From contig OY762210.1 of the NCBI GenBank assembly GCA_963665255.1, positions 2,280,293-2,344,292 on the forward strand: DNA of 64,000 bases, read 5' to 3'. The position numbers were made by a program, and so were the translations under genes. Source of the DNA: Dehalococcoidia bacterium. Its GTDB lineage: Bacteria; Chloroflexota; Dehalococcoidia; Lucifugimonadales; UBA1123. The number at the start of each line of letters is the position of its first letter. Within the stretch, counting starts at the first letter, position 1. Positions 29,401 through 40,190 of this stretch are shown here, in pieces. The notes beneath the pieces were generated by a model that saw nothing but the letters and a program-made list of their open reading frames with translations, was not told the DNA's origin and ran no database searches.

Positions 29401-30050
29401 CCGACATACGCGTTCAACGCCGTCGTCGAAAGGCGGTCGAACTCCTTGATCTGGGGCAAGATGACGTGAGACGAGGATACGTAGGAGTCGGGCATCATCT
29501 CCCTGACTATACGCTCCGCCTCTCTTTCGTGATCGGGGTTCAGGAACGAGAAGAGGAAACAGACTGCGACCGAGTCAACGCCCTCCGATTGGAGATATTC
29601 GACCTGGCGTTTCAGCTCCTCTACGTCAAGCTCACGCCTTACCGTCCCGCTGGAGTCCACACGCTCGGGCACTCCTACCCTCAGGTACCTCGGAGCGAGC
29701 GGTTCGACCTGGTCCATTCGCAGATTGTACCTGTCTTCCTTCAACCCTTCGCGTATCTCAAGCAGGTCGCGAAACCCTTCCGTCGTGATCAGGCCTACCC
29801 TGGCTCCCTTCCTCTCGACCAGCGTGTTCGTTGCCACAGTGGTCCCGTGTATTAGCACCTCCGCGCTGCCAAGCAGATCTTGCGACGTCATCTCCATTGC
29901 CGCTGCAAGTCCCTCAATGCCATCGACGACGCCACGTGAAGGGTCGTCAGGTGTCGTTGGGGTCTTGAAAACGACTGGATCTGAGTCGCCCTCGCGCATC
30001 GCGACCAGGTCTGTGAAGGTTCCGCCGACGTCAATGCCGATTCTCAACAA
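26403..30050 (-). CDS. Fused hydantoinase A/B (5-oxoprolinase-like ATP-dependent lactamase)
   Basis: A part: IGIDVGGTFTD, HGTTVATN, SGPAGG, DMGGTSTD. B part: RTALS...DFSTAI, NDPYFGGSHLPD, HHTDVGG, GGGGYGDP. AAGGA RBS before TTG at 30050. Confidence 0.9.
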   Translation of the reverse strand: MLRIGIDVGGTFTDLVAMREGDSDPVVFKTPTTPDDPSRGVVDGIEGLAAAMEMTSQDLLGSAEVLIHGTTVATNTLVERKGARVGLITTEGFRDLLEIREGLKEDRYNLRMDQVEPLAPRYLRVGVPERVDSSGTVRRELDVEELKRQVEYLQSEGVDSVAVCFLFSFLNPDHEREAERIVREMMPDSYVSSSHVILPQIKEFDRLSTTALNAYVGPSLASYLRRLEDRITEAGGTVPVFVIQSNGGIAPVSDSSEQAVRSILSGPAGGAAGAAHVARQLGEERVIALDMGGTSTDITLIEDGTPHVTGEKFEAGWKIAVPTVDIHTLGAGGGSIARVDEGGVLRVGPTSAGADPGPACYGKGGTQPTVTDAALVLGLLDTDRFLGGAVQLDEVLAIEAIRSQVAEPLGLDVESAAEGILRVVSSSIAEGIRLASVSRGLDPREFVLMGFGGAAGLVATRVAREIGISRALIPPAGPVLSAFGMMASDLKYDLAFSHPSSLSTVDLDSLRSAFSDLAQAGRNRLLSAGATDSDITVTFSADMRYLDQIYEVSVEVPDLNLPDEELRLRWAENMHIRFERLYAYRQQEQDIRIVTLRASAVGRLPAGSGLDSDSTEATESKPSSSHPATQGPSVINTDYNTVVVGEGCSARLDSRGVMHIDVQIDTQAPEDTAADSVTLSVVGNRLESIAIEMMDVMLRTALSQILNASRDFSTAILDSQSRMVAQGEGIPVHMSALPVAGRAVLDYFGDDIAPGDVFLLNDPYFGGSHLPDLTVIRPVFVDGDLVFMTVNRAHHTDVGGGTHGGYNPSASEIFHEGLRIPPLRIYDRDVPRDDLLQMMAANVRTPKNFLGDLNAQIGSVLTAERRIRELVNHYGVDNLTRIVEGLLEATEAQVRSFISEWPDGVYYGESLVDDDGFDSELIPIRAAITIAGDTMTIDLSESASQVTGFINSAYANTRSLAHAAIMYVAPYDVPKNEGSMGPLEVIAPKGLIVNANAPAPVCMSTNHCAEEIVEAIFKALSQAVPEAVNAGFSRRLRYAITGIDPRTGESFLWHFFMARGGGGASHGHDGWSCVGEVNVAGGIRANSVEVTEERFPLFVVNHELRPGSAGEGEWRGGLGAVCEIVYEGEGDASLNTAGDGAVVPPFGVLGGEPGLPHRYSIVSNGTETVLPTKQTGVVVRPGDRIVALSSGGGGYGDPAQRSSETAAWDAKNGYV

Positions 30051-30188
30051 TCTGTCCTTTCGATCAAGAGCGATGACCACTGGCCATTCAGTCCGAGGCG
30101 CTGCGTAGAATACTACAACTGACTGCGAGTCAGCAGATGGACACGTGGCCTCACGTTTGCGGAATCCTCTAAGATGATGGCTGAGGTA

Positions 30189-32036
30189 ATGAATTTGAAC
30201 GACTATTGGAACAACGACATCCGCAACCTGGCCATCGTAGCCCACGTCGACCACGGTAAGACCACCCTGGTGGACGAACTGTTGAAACAGGGCCAGGTAT
30301 TCGCTGCTCACCAGCAGGTGGGCGCCCTGATCATGGACACCAACCCCCTCGAGCGGGAGCGCGGCATCACCATCCTGGCCAAGAACGCCTCCGTCTCCTA
30401 CCGGGGAACAAGGATCAACATCATCGATACGCCGGGCCACGCCGATTTTGGTGGCGAGGTGGAGCGCGTCATGAACATGGCAGACGGCTGTCTGTTACTT
30501 GTAGACGCCGTCGACGGCCCCATGCCGCAGACCACATACGTACTGCGCCAGGCACTTCAGCAGAACGTCAACCCAATGGTGGTCGTCAATAAGATTGACC
30601 GCCCCGATGCCAGGGTGGCTGAGGTAGTAGAGATGGTCCAGGACCTGTTCCTGGACGTGGCCACGGATGCAGCGCAGCTTGATTTTCCCGTTGTATACGC
30701 ATCTGCCCGCGACGGTTACGCCACATTGGATATGGGTGAACCTGCATCGAATATGGGACCACTCTTCGAGGCTATTCTGGACTCCGTGCCGCCACCGAAG
30801 GGAAACCCTGACGCCCCTCTGCAAATGCTTGTAGCGGCACTCGACTACGACAACTACCTGGGACAGATTGCCATCGGCCGCGTCACCAACGGCACACTCA
30901 GACAACGGGACGAAGTGGCCCTGCTGAGCAGCAGCGCCGAGCCCACTCACCACCTCGTCGAGCGCATCTTTGTATTTCAGGGGATGGAACGCGTCGAGGT
31001 CGAAGAGGCTCATGCCGGAAACATTGTGGCGATCTCCGGTCCTGAGGGAATGTCTATTGGCGACACCATTGCTTCTCTCGAAGACCCGATGGCTCTACCC
31101 GCAATTGACATTAACGAGCCGACAGTGCGGATGACGTTTGGTGTCAATACCTCCCCCTTCATGGGCAAGGAGGGGGACTACTGCACTTCCCGCAATCTCC
31201 ACGAACGATTGAAAAGGGAGCTGCGCACGAATGTCAGCCTGAGGGTAGAGACGACGAACAGCCCGGACGTTTTCGTGGTTGCGGGGCGCGGCGAGCTGCA
31301 CCTATCCATCCTGGTTGAGACCATGCGCCGTGAACAGTTCGAATTCCAGGTTTCACGCCCTGTGCCTATCACCAAGGTGATCGAAGGCAAGGTGCACGAA
31401 CCCTATGAAATCCTGAATGTCACTACCCGCGAAGAGTATGTGGGCACGCTGACGGAATACCTGTCGGCACACCTGGGCCAGCTTCGGGACATGCGGTACG
31501 GTGAGGACGGTTACGTGTACCTAGAGTACAAGGTTCCTACCCGGGGGCTCATCGGATTCAACGCCTTCTTTCTGCGCACCACCCGTGGGGATGGTGTCAA
31601 GAGCAGTGTCTTCTCGTCGTATGAACCGATGGAGGGTGAAATCCAGTCCCGGCGCGGTGGCGCACTCGTGGCGTCCGAGGGCGGCGTAGCAGTCACCTAT
31701 GGGCTGCTCAACGCCCAGGGAAGGGGCGATACGTTCATCGACCCCGGCACCAGGGTCTACTCCGGCATGATTGTAGGCTCCCAGCGCCGCGAGGGAGACA
31801 TCGACATCAACGTCTGCAAGGAAAAGAAGCTGACCAACATCCGCTCGTCGACGGCCGACGTTGCAAAGCGCCTGAAGGCCACTACGACCATGAGCCTGGA
31901 GGAAGCGCTGGCGTTCATCTCCGATGACGAACTCGTGGAGGTCACTCCGCAGAACCTTCGGTTACGCAAGATGTCTCTCTCCGCAGTTGACCGCAAACGG
32001 CAGCGCCGCGTGGTCGCCCGTGCGCGGACAGAGTAG
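30189..32036 (+). CDS. typA: Translational GTPase TypA/BipA
   Basis: [57 protein letters not shown]. Confidence 0.97.
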   Translation: MNLNDYWNNDIRNLAIVAHVDHGKTTLVDELLKQGQVFAAHQQVGALIMDTNPLERERGITILAKNASVSYRGTRINIIDTPGHADFGGEVERVMNMADGCLLLVDAVDGPMPQTTYVLRQALQQNVNPMVVVNKIDRPDARVAEVVEMVQDLFLDVATDAAQLDFPVVYASARDGYATLDMGEPASNMGPLFEAILDSVPPPKGNPDAPLQMLVAALDYDNYLGQIAIGRVTNGTLRQRDEVALLSSSAEPTHHLVERIFVFQGMERVEVEEAHAGNIVAISGPEGMSIGDTIASLEDPMALPAIDINEPTVRMTFGVNTSPFMGKEGDYCTSRNLHERLKRELRTNVSLRVETTNSPDVFVVAGRGELHLSILVETMRREQFEFQVSRPVPITKVIEGKVHEPYEILNVTTREEYVGTLTEYLSAHLGQLRDMRYGEDGYVYLEYKVPTRGLIGFNAFFLRTTRGDGVKSSVFSSYEPMEGEIQSRRGGALVASEGGVAVTYGLLNAQGRGDTFIDPGTRVYSGMIVGSQRREGDIDINVCKEKKLTNIRSSTADVAKRLKATTTMSLEEALAFISDDELVEVTPQNLRLRKMSLSAVDRKRQRRVVARARTE

Positions 32037-32070
32037 AAGTCCTCGGGGAATCGGCGCGTAATACGTGAAG

Positions 32071-32155
32071 TGGTGGGGAAGGGGAGACTCGAACTCCCAC
32101 GCCTTTCGGCACATGATCCTAAATCATGCTCGTCTACCAATTCCGACACTTCCCC
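32071..32155 (-). tRNA. tRNA-Leu (anticodon TAG), CCA encoded
   Basis: GGGGAAG acceptor stem, TGGTAGAC D-loop, CATGA-TTTAGGA-TCATG anticodon arm, long variable arm GCCGAAAGGC, GTTCGAG T-loop, 3' ACCA. Confidence 0.97.
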
Positions 32156-32346
32156 AGACGTGCTGGCGACGCTCGCGAATTATAGTTGGCCCATAGCTCG
32201 CGTGTCGAACGATTACCGTGTAATCGACACCTCGAAAATGCTAAAATACTGTCGGCGGAAATGCTCGGCGGTACGGTTGCTCTGATGTGGAGCAATTGTT
32301 CCTGAGATGAACGCAATTCAAGCACTAAAATAGAGGTGAGGGATAG

Positions 32347-33948
<1,602 letters not shown>

Positions 33949-33949
33949 G

Positions 33950-34036
33950 AGATGGTCGTAAGTGACCGTCTAATCTTGTGCACTCTGTGAGAATCGGCTG
34001 GCGATGGCAGTCCTGTAAAGACCCAGCCATCGCCAG
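33950..34036 (+). other. Two stem-loops between groEL and the ABC operon
   Basis: AGATGGTC/GACCGTCT (33950-33971) and a perfect 11-bp inverted repeat CTGGCGATGGC/GCCATCGCCAG (33998-34036). Confidence 0.55.
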
Positions 34037-34081
34037 ACTCCAGACAGCGGACCACTCTGCATCGCTACAGGGCAACATCGA

Positions 34082-35086
34082 ATGACTGACCAGATAGAAG
34101 AGGTCTCAACCGCCGAGCAGCCTTCGGATCCAGACGCCACGATCCAGGTGAAGGGTGTTACGAAGAGGTTTGGCTCCCATGTTGCAGTCGACAACCTTTC
34201 GTTCGATGTAAAGCGCGGCGAGATCGTTGGATTCCTTGGCCCAAACGGCTCAGGCAAAACGACGACCATGCGAATGTTGACGTCGTTCTACACGCCTGAC
34301 CTGGGATCCATATCCATCAATGGCACCGACACCCAGGAGAGCGATCTCGTCACACGAGGGTCCATCGGCTACCTGCCAGAGAACAATCCTCTCTACGAAG
34401 ACATGCTGGTGGCAGAGTACCTCGCCTTCGTTGCCGAGCTACGCGGCCTGAACGGCGCCGAACGCAAGTCCAACATGGACCTGACCGTCGAGGAGACTGG
34501 CATCCAGGAAGTCTTCTACCGGCCAATCCATGAGCTTTCAAAGGGTTACCACCAGAGGGTGGGCCTCGCCCAGGCCATTCTCCACAGACCATCGATTCTG
34601 GTCCTCGACGAACCGACTGAGGGTCTCGACCCCAACCAGCGAATTACCATTCGCGACCTGATCAGGCACCTGGGAGGCGAGCGAACAGTTCTGTTGAGCA
34701 CGCACGTCATGCAGGAGGTCGAGAACACCTGCGAGCGCGTCCTTGTGATCAGGAGAGGCAAGCTGGTGGCCAATAGCCCGGTCCAGGACCTTCTGCACCA
34801 GACACTCGAGCTCAGGACCGTTCATCTCGAGGTGGACGGCAACAACGTCGAGGCCGGACTCGCAGAGATTGACGGAATCACGTCTGTCGAGAGCATGGGC
34901 ATCGAAGCCGGCCGGAAGCGCTACAGGCTCTCTGTGTCGGCAGAGGGGGACCCCAGGGGCGACATATTTGCGCTTGCCAAGTCAAGAGACTGGACCCTGT
35001 GGGAACTGCATGAGGAACGGCCCAGGCTGGAAGACGTGTTCCATCACTTGACCGCTGAAGGCGAGCGGACGGGAGGCGAGTCCTAG
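34082..35086 (+). CDS. ABC transporter ATP-binding protein (GldA-like)
   Basis: GPNGSGKTT, GYLPENNPLY, LSKGYHQR, LDEPT, STH. Confidence 0.92.
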   Translation: MTDQIEEVSTAEQPSDPDATIQVKGVTKRFGSHVAVDNLSFDVKRGEIVGFLGPNGSGKTTTMRMLTSFYTPDLGSISINGTDTQESDLVTRGSIGYLPENNPLYEDMLVAEYLAFVAELRGLNGAERKSNMDLTVEETGIQEVFYRPIHELSKGYHQRVGLAQAILHRPSILVLDEPTEGLDPNQRITIRDLIRHLGGERTVLLSTHVMQEVENTCERVLVIRRGKLVANSPVQDLLHQTLELRTVHLEVDGNNVEAGLAEIDGITSVESMGIEAGRKRYRLSVSAEGDPRGDIFALAKSRDWTLWELHEERPRLEDVFHHLTAEGERTGGES

Positions 35087-35090
35087 ACAC

Positions 35091-37412
35091 ATGCGCTCAC
35101 CACTGTTCGCACTGGTCAAGAAGGACGTCAAGAGCTACTTCGATCAGCCAACCGCGTATATTCTGATCGTCCCGTTTGTTGCGGTTCTGGCCTATGTGTT
35201 CTTCAGCCAGGCACTTTTGACGGCCGAGGCTTCCCTCAGGCCGATGTTTACGGTCGACTTCCAGATTGACAGCCCTTCCCTACCCTGGCTGCTTGCGATA
35301 TTCGTACCCGCTGCCACCATGAGGCTACTGGCTGAGGAGAACCGCGACGGGACCCTGGAGCTGCTGCTGACGCATCCTGTCAGGGGATGGATAGTTCTAC
35401 TGTCGAAGTTCCTTGCGGGTTTCATGTTCGTGGCGTTCGCCATACTGGCTACAGTGGGCATACCCATCGCTGTAACCACGGCTGGCAATCTCGACATCGG
35501 CGCAGCAGTGGGACAGTACGTCAGCAGCCTTTTCCTGGCTGCCGCGTTCGTCTCCATCGGGCTGTTCACGTCCAGTCTGACCCGCAACCAGATCGTGGCG
35601 TTCATCCTGGGTCTCTCGCTCACGATGATGCTGATGATCATGGGTCTGGACATTGTCGCTGTAACTCTGCCGCCCCGACTGGCATCGCTGCTGCAGGACC
35701 TGAGCCCGGTGACTCATTTTTCGAGCATAGCGAGGGGGGTCATTCACCTGCGGGACGTGCTCTACTTCGCTGCACTGATCTCGACCTTCCTGAGCGCGAC
35801 CTTCCTGGTCATTAGAGGCCGAACGCTCAGCCACTCGTCGGCCCAATACCGAAACCTGCAACTGGGTACGGTTGGCCTCATCGTTGTAAGCCTCCTGGTC
35901 GGATGGTCTGGCAACTCAATTGGCGGGCGAGTAGACCTTACACAAGACCAGCTGTTCACCCTCAGCCCCGCCACTGCAGACATTCTCGATGGCCTTGATG
36001 ACATCCTGACGCTGGAGCTCTTCGAGTCCAGGGAACCTCCCGTGCAGGTGGCTATAACCGCCCGTGACGTTGGAGACTTCCTGGAGGACTTCGCGGCAGG
36101 ATCAGGCGGGGACGTAAAGCTCGTTCGTCGATTCCCTGCGGACGATGAAGACGAGGCTCGAAAGGCACAGTTGGCTGGCATTCCGCCTGTCCAGTTCAAT
36201 GTTCAGAGCCAGGGCGAACTCCAGATCAAAACAGGCTACCTCGGTCTCGCAATGACCTACGTCGACAAGCGGCAGGTCATCCCGTACATCACTAACTTCG
36301 ATGGCTTCGAGTACCAGCTGGCGTCGATTGCCAACCGGATGCTTCAGGAAGATAAGAAGACCGTGGCATTCCTCACCGGTCACGGAGAGGCTGGTCCGTC
36401 AGCTGGATACAACACGTTCGCAGGACTGCTACTCGACTCATATCGAGTCAGGGAAGTCGACGCCACGGAGGACCCGAATATAGATCTGTCGGACGTGGAC
36501 GTACTTATAATCGGCGGTCCGACCAGTTCCATTCGCGATGAGACGGCCGACGCCATCAGGCAGTATCTGCTCGGTGGCGGCAAGGCTATGATCATGGTGA
36601 ACTCCGTCGTCATCGACCAGAGTCGCCTGCTCGCAAACCAGAACCGCAACAGCTTCTCATATCTGCCCGAGGAGTTCGGCGTGATCGTCGAAGACGATCT
36701 CGTATTCGATCTACAGTCGAATGAGACTTTGTCGTTCAACACTGGGGTCGGGAGCGTATTCCTGCCCTACCCGTACTGGATGCGCGTACCGGTAATTGAT
36801 AAGAAAGTTGCTGGAAACGTGGGCTCAGTGCTGCTGCCGTGGGCCAGTTCTGTAGGAATCACTGAATCTGGTAGGGGCCGCATCGAGGTTATACCGCTGC
36901 TGGAGACGACAGAGTTTGCGGCGATCGACTTCAACTACGGAGACGTTCGGCCAAACTCCCCGGTCTTCGAGGATGTAACCCAGGGCAACTTCATTCAGGC
37001 GCTGATGGGAGCCGCGGTCGTTCAACGAGATGTTCCTGCCGGTCAGGAAGCGTTTAGGTTTGTTGTATTCGGCGATTCGGAATGGCTGGCAGACAGCGTT
37101 CTGCCTAGGTCACAGGAGAACATCGCGCTGGGACTAAACCTCGTAGACTGGCTGGCCCAGGAAGATACACTGGCTGCCGTTCGCTCGAAAATAGTCACTT
37201 CACGTGACCTCCTATTCACTTCCACCACTCACAAGAACATTGCCCAGTGGGCAAATGTTGCCGGTGTTCCGCTGCTTATTGTTGTGGTCGGGCTTTTCAG
37301 CTCAATCAGAAGACGCAGGTTCGGTTTCACCTTGTACGGCCAGGCCAGGACCGGAGGTTTCAGACTCGGTCGCAGACGCCGGAGTGATCAGGGTCAGGAG
37401 GACGACGAATGA
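35091..37412 (+). CDS. ABC-2 permease fused to a GldG-like auxiliary domain (GldF-GldG-like)
   Basis: YF..PTAY, MRLLAEE.R.GTLELLLT, then DLT...FTLS, AFLTGHGE, N..L.LN.VDWL and a C-terminal TM. Confidence 0.88.
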   Translation: MRSPLFALVKKDVKSYFDQPTAYILIVPFVAVLAYVFFSQALLTAEASLRPMFTVDFQIDSPSLPWLLAIFVPAATMRLLAEENRDGTLELLLTHPVRGWIVLLSKFLAGFMFVAFAILATVGIPIAVTTAGNLDIGAAVGQYVSSLFLAAAFVSIGLFTSSLTRNQIVAFILGLSLTMMLMIMGLDIVAVTLPPRLASLLQDLSPVTHFSSIARGVIHLRDVLYFAALISTFLSATFLVIRGRTLSHSSAQYRNLQLGTVGLIVVSLLVGWSGNSIGGRVDLTQDQLFTLSPATADILDGLDDILTLELFESREPPVQVAITARDVGDFLEDFAAGSGGDVKLVRRFPADDEDEARKAQLAGIPPVQFNVQSQGELQIKTGYLGLAMTYVDKRQVIPYITNFDGFEYQLASIANRMLQEDKKTVAFLTGHGEAGPSAGYNTFAGLLLDSYRVREVDATEDPNIDLSDVDVLIIGGPTSSIRDETADAIRQYLLGGGKAMIMVNSVVIDQSRLLANQNRNSFSYLPEEFGVIVEDDLVFDLQSNETLSFNTGVGSVFLPYPYWMRVPVIDKKVAGNVGSVLLPWASSVGITESGRGRIEVIPLLETTEFAAIDFNYGDVRPNSPVFEDVTQGNFIQALMGAAVVQRDVPAGQEAFRFVVFGDSEWLADSVLPRSQENIALGLNLVDWLAQEDTLAAVRSKIVTSRDLLFTSTTHKNIAQWANVAGVPLLIVVVGLFSSIRRRRFGFTLYGQARTGGFRLGRRRRSDQGQEDDE

Positions 37413-38362
37413 AGAGCAGGCAGCTCGGCTTCGTCCTGATGGCGCTGATCGCAGTCGGCGTGGCAGGCCTGATTTTCCGGGTATTCTCTGCCGGATCGGA
37501 CGAGATAATTCTGGAGGGACTGGTCCAAGTCTCGCGGGAGGCCAGCGACCGCGTCCTGATTGACGACGCCGAGAAACAGACTGAGTTGGTAAGATTAGGC
37601 GACGCTGAGCAGGCGACATGGTTTGTCGACGACCAGGCCGTGTTTCAGCCGAGGCTTGAGCAGTTCTGGCAGGCGGTGGACGACCTGTACGATGCCCAGC
37701 TTGTATCCATAAATCCTGTTAATCACCCTCCCCTGGGCGTGGTTGACGGCCAGTCCATCGAAGTGTCGTTCTTCATAGGGGGAAGGTCGTTGCAGGAGAA
37801 ATTCCTGGTCGGCGAGTGGCAGCCCGACGTACGACTTTGTTACGTCAGAAGGGCCGGGCACGAGGAGACCTACGGAGTCCCTTGTCCTGGGGGCAACATC
37901 TTCGAACCCGACCCGGACAGGTGGAAGAACCCGGTAGTGGCCTCGATACCTCCTAACGAGATTCTGGAGATCCAGTTCACCTACCCAGACGAGGCCTTCA
38001 TACTTCGTCCCGACGATGAAGGCGAGTGGTACGCCCATGGACCTGGCGGTTCCGAAGACCCGATCAGCCCATTGGCCCTGAATTCCATCATAGGCACTCT
38101 GCAACTGGTCGTAGCCTCAGGGTTTGCCGAAGAAGAAGAGGCGGACAAGCTCAACTTCGCCGTCCCGGATGCGATGGTTCGTGTCATAACACACGAGGAT
38201 GCCTCTACTCCGTCGACCCGGCTCAGGTTCCTGCGACGCGACGATCTGAGCTCGTACCTGTCGATCCCCACAACGGGAACGGTATACATAGTCGACAACC
38301 AGGCGGTTGGTGGGCTGCTCCTTCGTTTGGAGCAGATGATAGAAGCTCAGGACGGAGGATAA
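37409..38362 (+). CDS. DUF4340-like membrane-anchored protein
   Basis: N-terminal TM, two internally repeated units, ATGA-coupled to the GldFG gene in the usual position. Confidence 0.65.
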   Translation: MKSRQLGFVLMALIAVGVAGLIFRVFSAGSDEIILEGLVQVSREASDRVLIDDAEKQTELVRLGDAEQATWFVDDQAVFQPRLEQFWQAVDDLYDAQLVSINPVNHPPLGVVDGQSIEVSFFIGGRSLQEKFLVGEWQPDVRLCYVRRAGHEETYGVPCPGGNIFEPDPDRWKNPVVASIPPNEILEIQFTYPDEAFILRPDDEGEWYAHGPGGSEDPISPLALNSIIGTLQLVVASGFAEEEEADKLNFAVPDAMVRVITHEDASTPSTRLRFLRRDDLSSYLSIPTTGTVYIVDNQAVGGLLLRLEQMIEAQDGG

Positions 38363-38380
38363 GAGCGTACCGGGAAGCAG

Positions 38381-39046
38381 CTACCCGAGCTCTGGGCTGT
38401 CTGCCAGGTCAGCGCCCGCTAATTCGTCTGACAGCCGCCGTCGCTTGGCATGACCAAACACCGCATGTCCAAATACAACGAGCGCCAGCGCGCCCATCAC
38501 CAAAGCGGTGTCAAGGTCTTCCACCCGATTCTGCATGAACAGGAGTATGATCACTGCGTATCCGGCGATAATGCAGAACAGTGATGAGTATGGGAGTTTC
38601 TGCCCTCCAAGCGCCACAGCTACACCCACCAGAACTGCGATGATGCTCTCGTAGTACCCCTGGTAGATGGGGAACACCGCCAGCGTAATGCCGCCGAGGG
38701 TGACAAGGCCGTCACCACCCCTGAATCCAGTAAAGATCGAATTCCAGTGACCAACTATCGCGGCGCCGGCAGGAACGACGATCCAGATACCCTCCACACC
38801 GAGGGCCTGGGCGACAAGGATTGCGAGAATGCCCTTGGCCGCGTCCCCAAGTACCACCAGGCTTGCCGCGATCAGCCCTACGCTCCTGCGGACGTTCGTG
38901 GCCCCCGCAAGACCTGTGCCGGAACTGAAGACATTTACTCCCCGCCTCTTGCTCAAACGATCCGCCAGTGGCAATGCACCAAAGATGTATGCGATAACAG
39001 CCGCTAGGATCAGGTTGAGAATCTCAGGTGCATCATACGGGAGCAT
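38381..39046 (-). CDS. plsY: PlsY-like glycerol-3-phosphate acyltransferase (degenerate motifs)
   Basis: AY.FGALP, G.G..GATNV.R, D.AKG, GH..S.F..F.GG.G; hydrophobic. Confidence 0.72.
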   Translation of the reverse strand: MLPYDAPEILNLILAAVIAYIFGALPLADRLSKRRGVNVFSSGTGLAGATNVRRSVGLIAASLVVLGDAAKGILAILVAQALGVEGIWIVVPAGAAIVGHWNSIFTGFRGGDGLVTLGGITLAVFPIYQGYYESIIAVLVGVAVALGGQKLPYSSLFCIIAGYAVIILLFMQNRVEDLDTALVMGALALVVFGHAVFGHAKRRRLSDELAGADLADSPELG

Positions 39047-39126
39047 ATAGGATCGTCCACTCTATTTATCGTTTGTGAAATGATTGTATCACCCGTCAAG
39101 ATTTCTGAACATATCTGGACTTTGGT

Positions 39127-40158
39127 GTGAATTCCGTTCAATTGAATGACAAAGACAAGAGCCCGCATCGTGACCTGGAACGATTCCAACTCGGGGGTCT
39201 CCTGGGCGAGGGAGCAGACATGCAGGTGTTTGCGGCGATCGATGTCGAGTCGGTGCTGCCATGCGTGGTAAAGCGCCCCCACCCTTCCCTCATTTCTCGG
39301 AACATCCACGACGATGTGGAACGACGGATGTCCCTTCAGGCCGAACTAAGGTCAGAAGGGGGTGTATGCGCTGGTCTGCCCGGCCTGGTGACGGTTACCG
39401 ACCCGGACGCATTCGGCTGGTACTTCGGGGACGATCTCGGCAACTCATACGCGGTGCAGGTTGAAGAACGCGCGGTAGGGATACCGCTCCTTGGCAGCGT
39501 TGCAGATCAGGTAAAGGGACATCCAGTCGGGCTGCCACTCAACCTGTTCATACTGCACCCCTCGACCATGCAAATCGAAAGAGGCATCGAGAACCCGGCG
39601 CTGACGGTACTGGGAATCATCGAACAGTGCCTGGAACTGGGTTACCTGGCGGGCGACCTGGGACCTCGAAACTTGTTCTACTCTCCTGGGACCGGCCGGG
39701 CTACCGTGATCGATCTCGGGGCGCTCAGGAGGCCTCAGCCGAAGACCTCACGTTCGCCATCATTCGACCTAAACAACATACTCTTCGAATTCTTCCAGTT
39801 CTACACCACACCGGCTGAACATCCCACCTCGTCAGATGATTACACCCAGGTGAGTGAACAGAGACTCGTTGGGTCACTGGAGAGAATGGTTCAGTCGATG
39901 GTTGAAAAGTACTCAGAACTGGCGAATTCCCAGCAGAGAGATTCTGCCCAGACCATATTGACGGGTCTGGCAGAACGCCATTATCAATCGGTCGGGGAAT
40001 TCCGTACTGATTTTGAAGTGTACCTGGAGGAAGCTGTACGGGAGCCCCCCAGTGAGTACGTCAATGGCGCCTGGTCAACGGCCGTGGAACGCCTGCGTGA
40101 ACCCTACTGGACCAAGTACCTCTTCGACGCTGATTCTGAACTTGCTAACTACGTCTGA
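39127..40158 (+). CDS. Atypical protein-kinase-fold protein
   Basis: LGEGADMQV glycine loop, VVK, GDLGPRN catalytic-loop-like segment, IDLG. Confidence 0.6.
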   Translation: MNSVQLNDKDKSPHRDLERFQLGGLLGEGADMQVFAAIDVESVLPCVVKRPHPSLISRNIHDDVERRMSLQAELRSEGGVCAGLPGLVTVTDPDAFGWYFGDDLGNSYAVQVEERAVGIPLLGSVADQVKGHPVGLPLNLFILHPSTMQIERGIENPALTVLGIIEQCLELGYLAGDLGPRNLFYSPGTGRATVIDLGALRRPQPKTSRSPSFDLNNILFEFFQFYTTPAEHPTSSDDYTQVSEQRLVGSLERMVQSMVEKYSELANSQQRDSAQTILTGLAERHYQSVGEFRTDFEVYLEEAVREPPSEYVNGAWSTAVERLREPYWTKYLFDADSELANYV

Positions 40159-40190
40159 ACAGCCGAGCGACCCAGCGTTGCATCCTGCCT

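Noticed and set aside
30051-30440. N-terminal extension making the hydantoinase 1345 aa
   Set aside because: Overlaps typA on the opposite strand; family homology and an RBS start at about 30050
32037-32160. tRNA-Leu as an integration site for an island
   Set aside because: No integrase or duplicated tRNA 3' end was seen; flanked by typA and groEL
32318-32345. Possible CIRCE upstream of groEL (AGCACT)
   Set aside because: Only a partial left arm; no GAGTGCTAA right arm at 9-nt spacing
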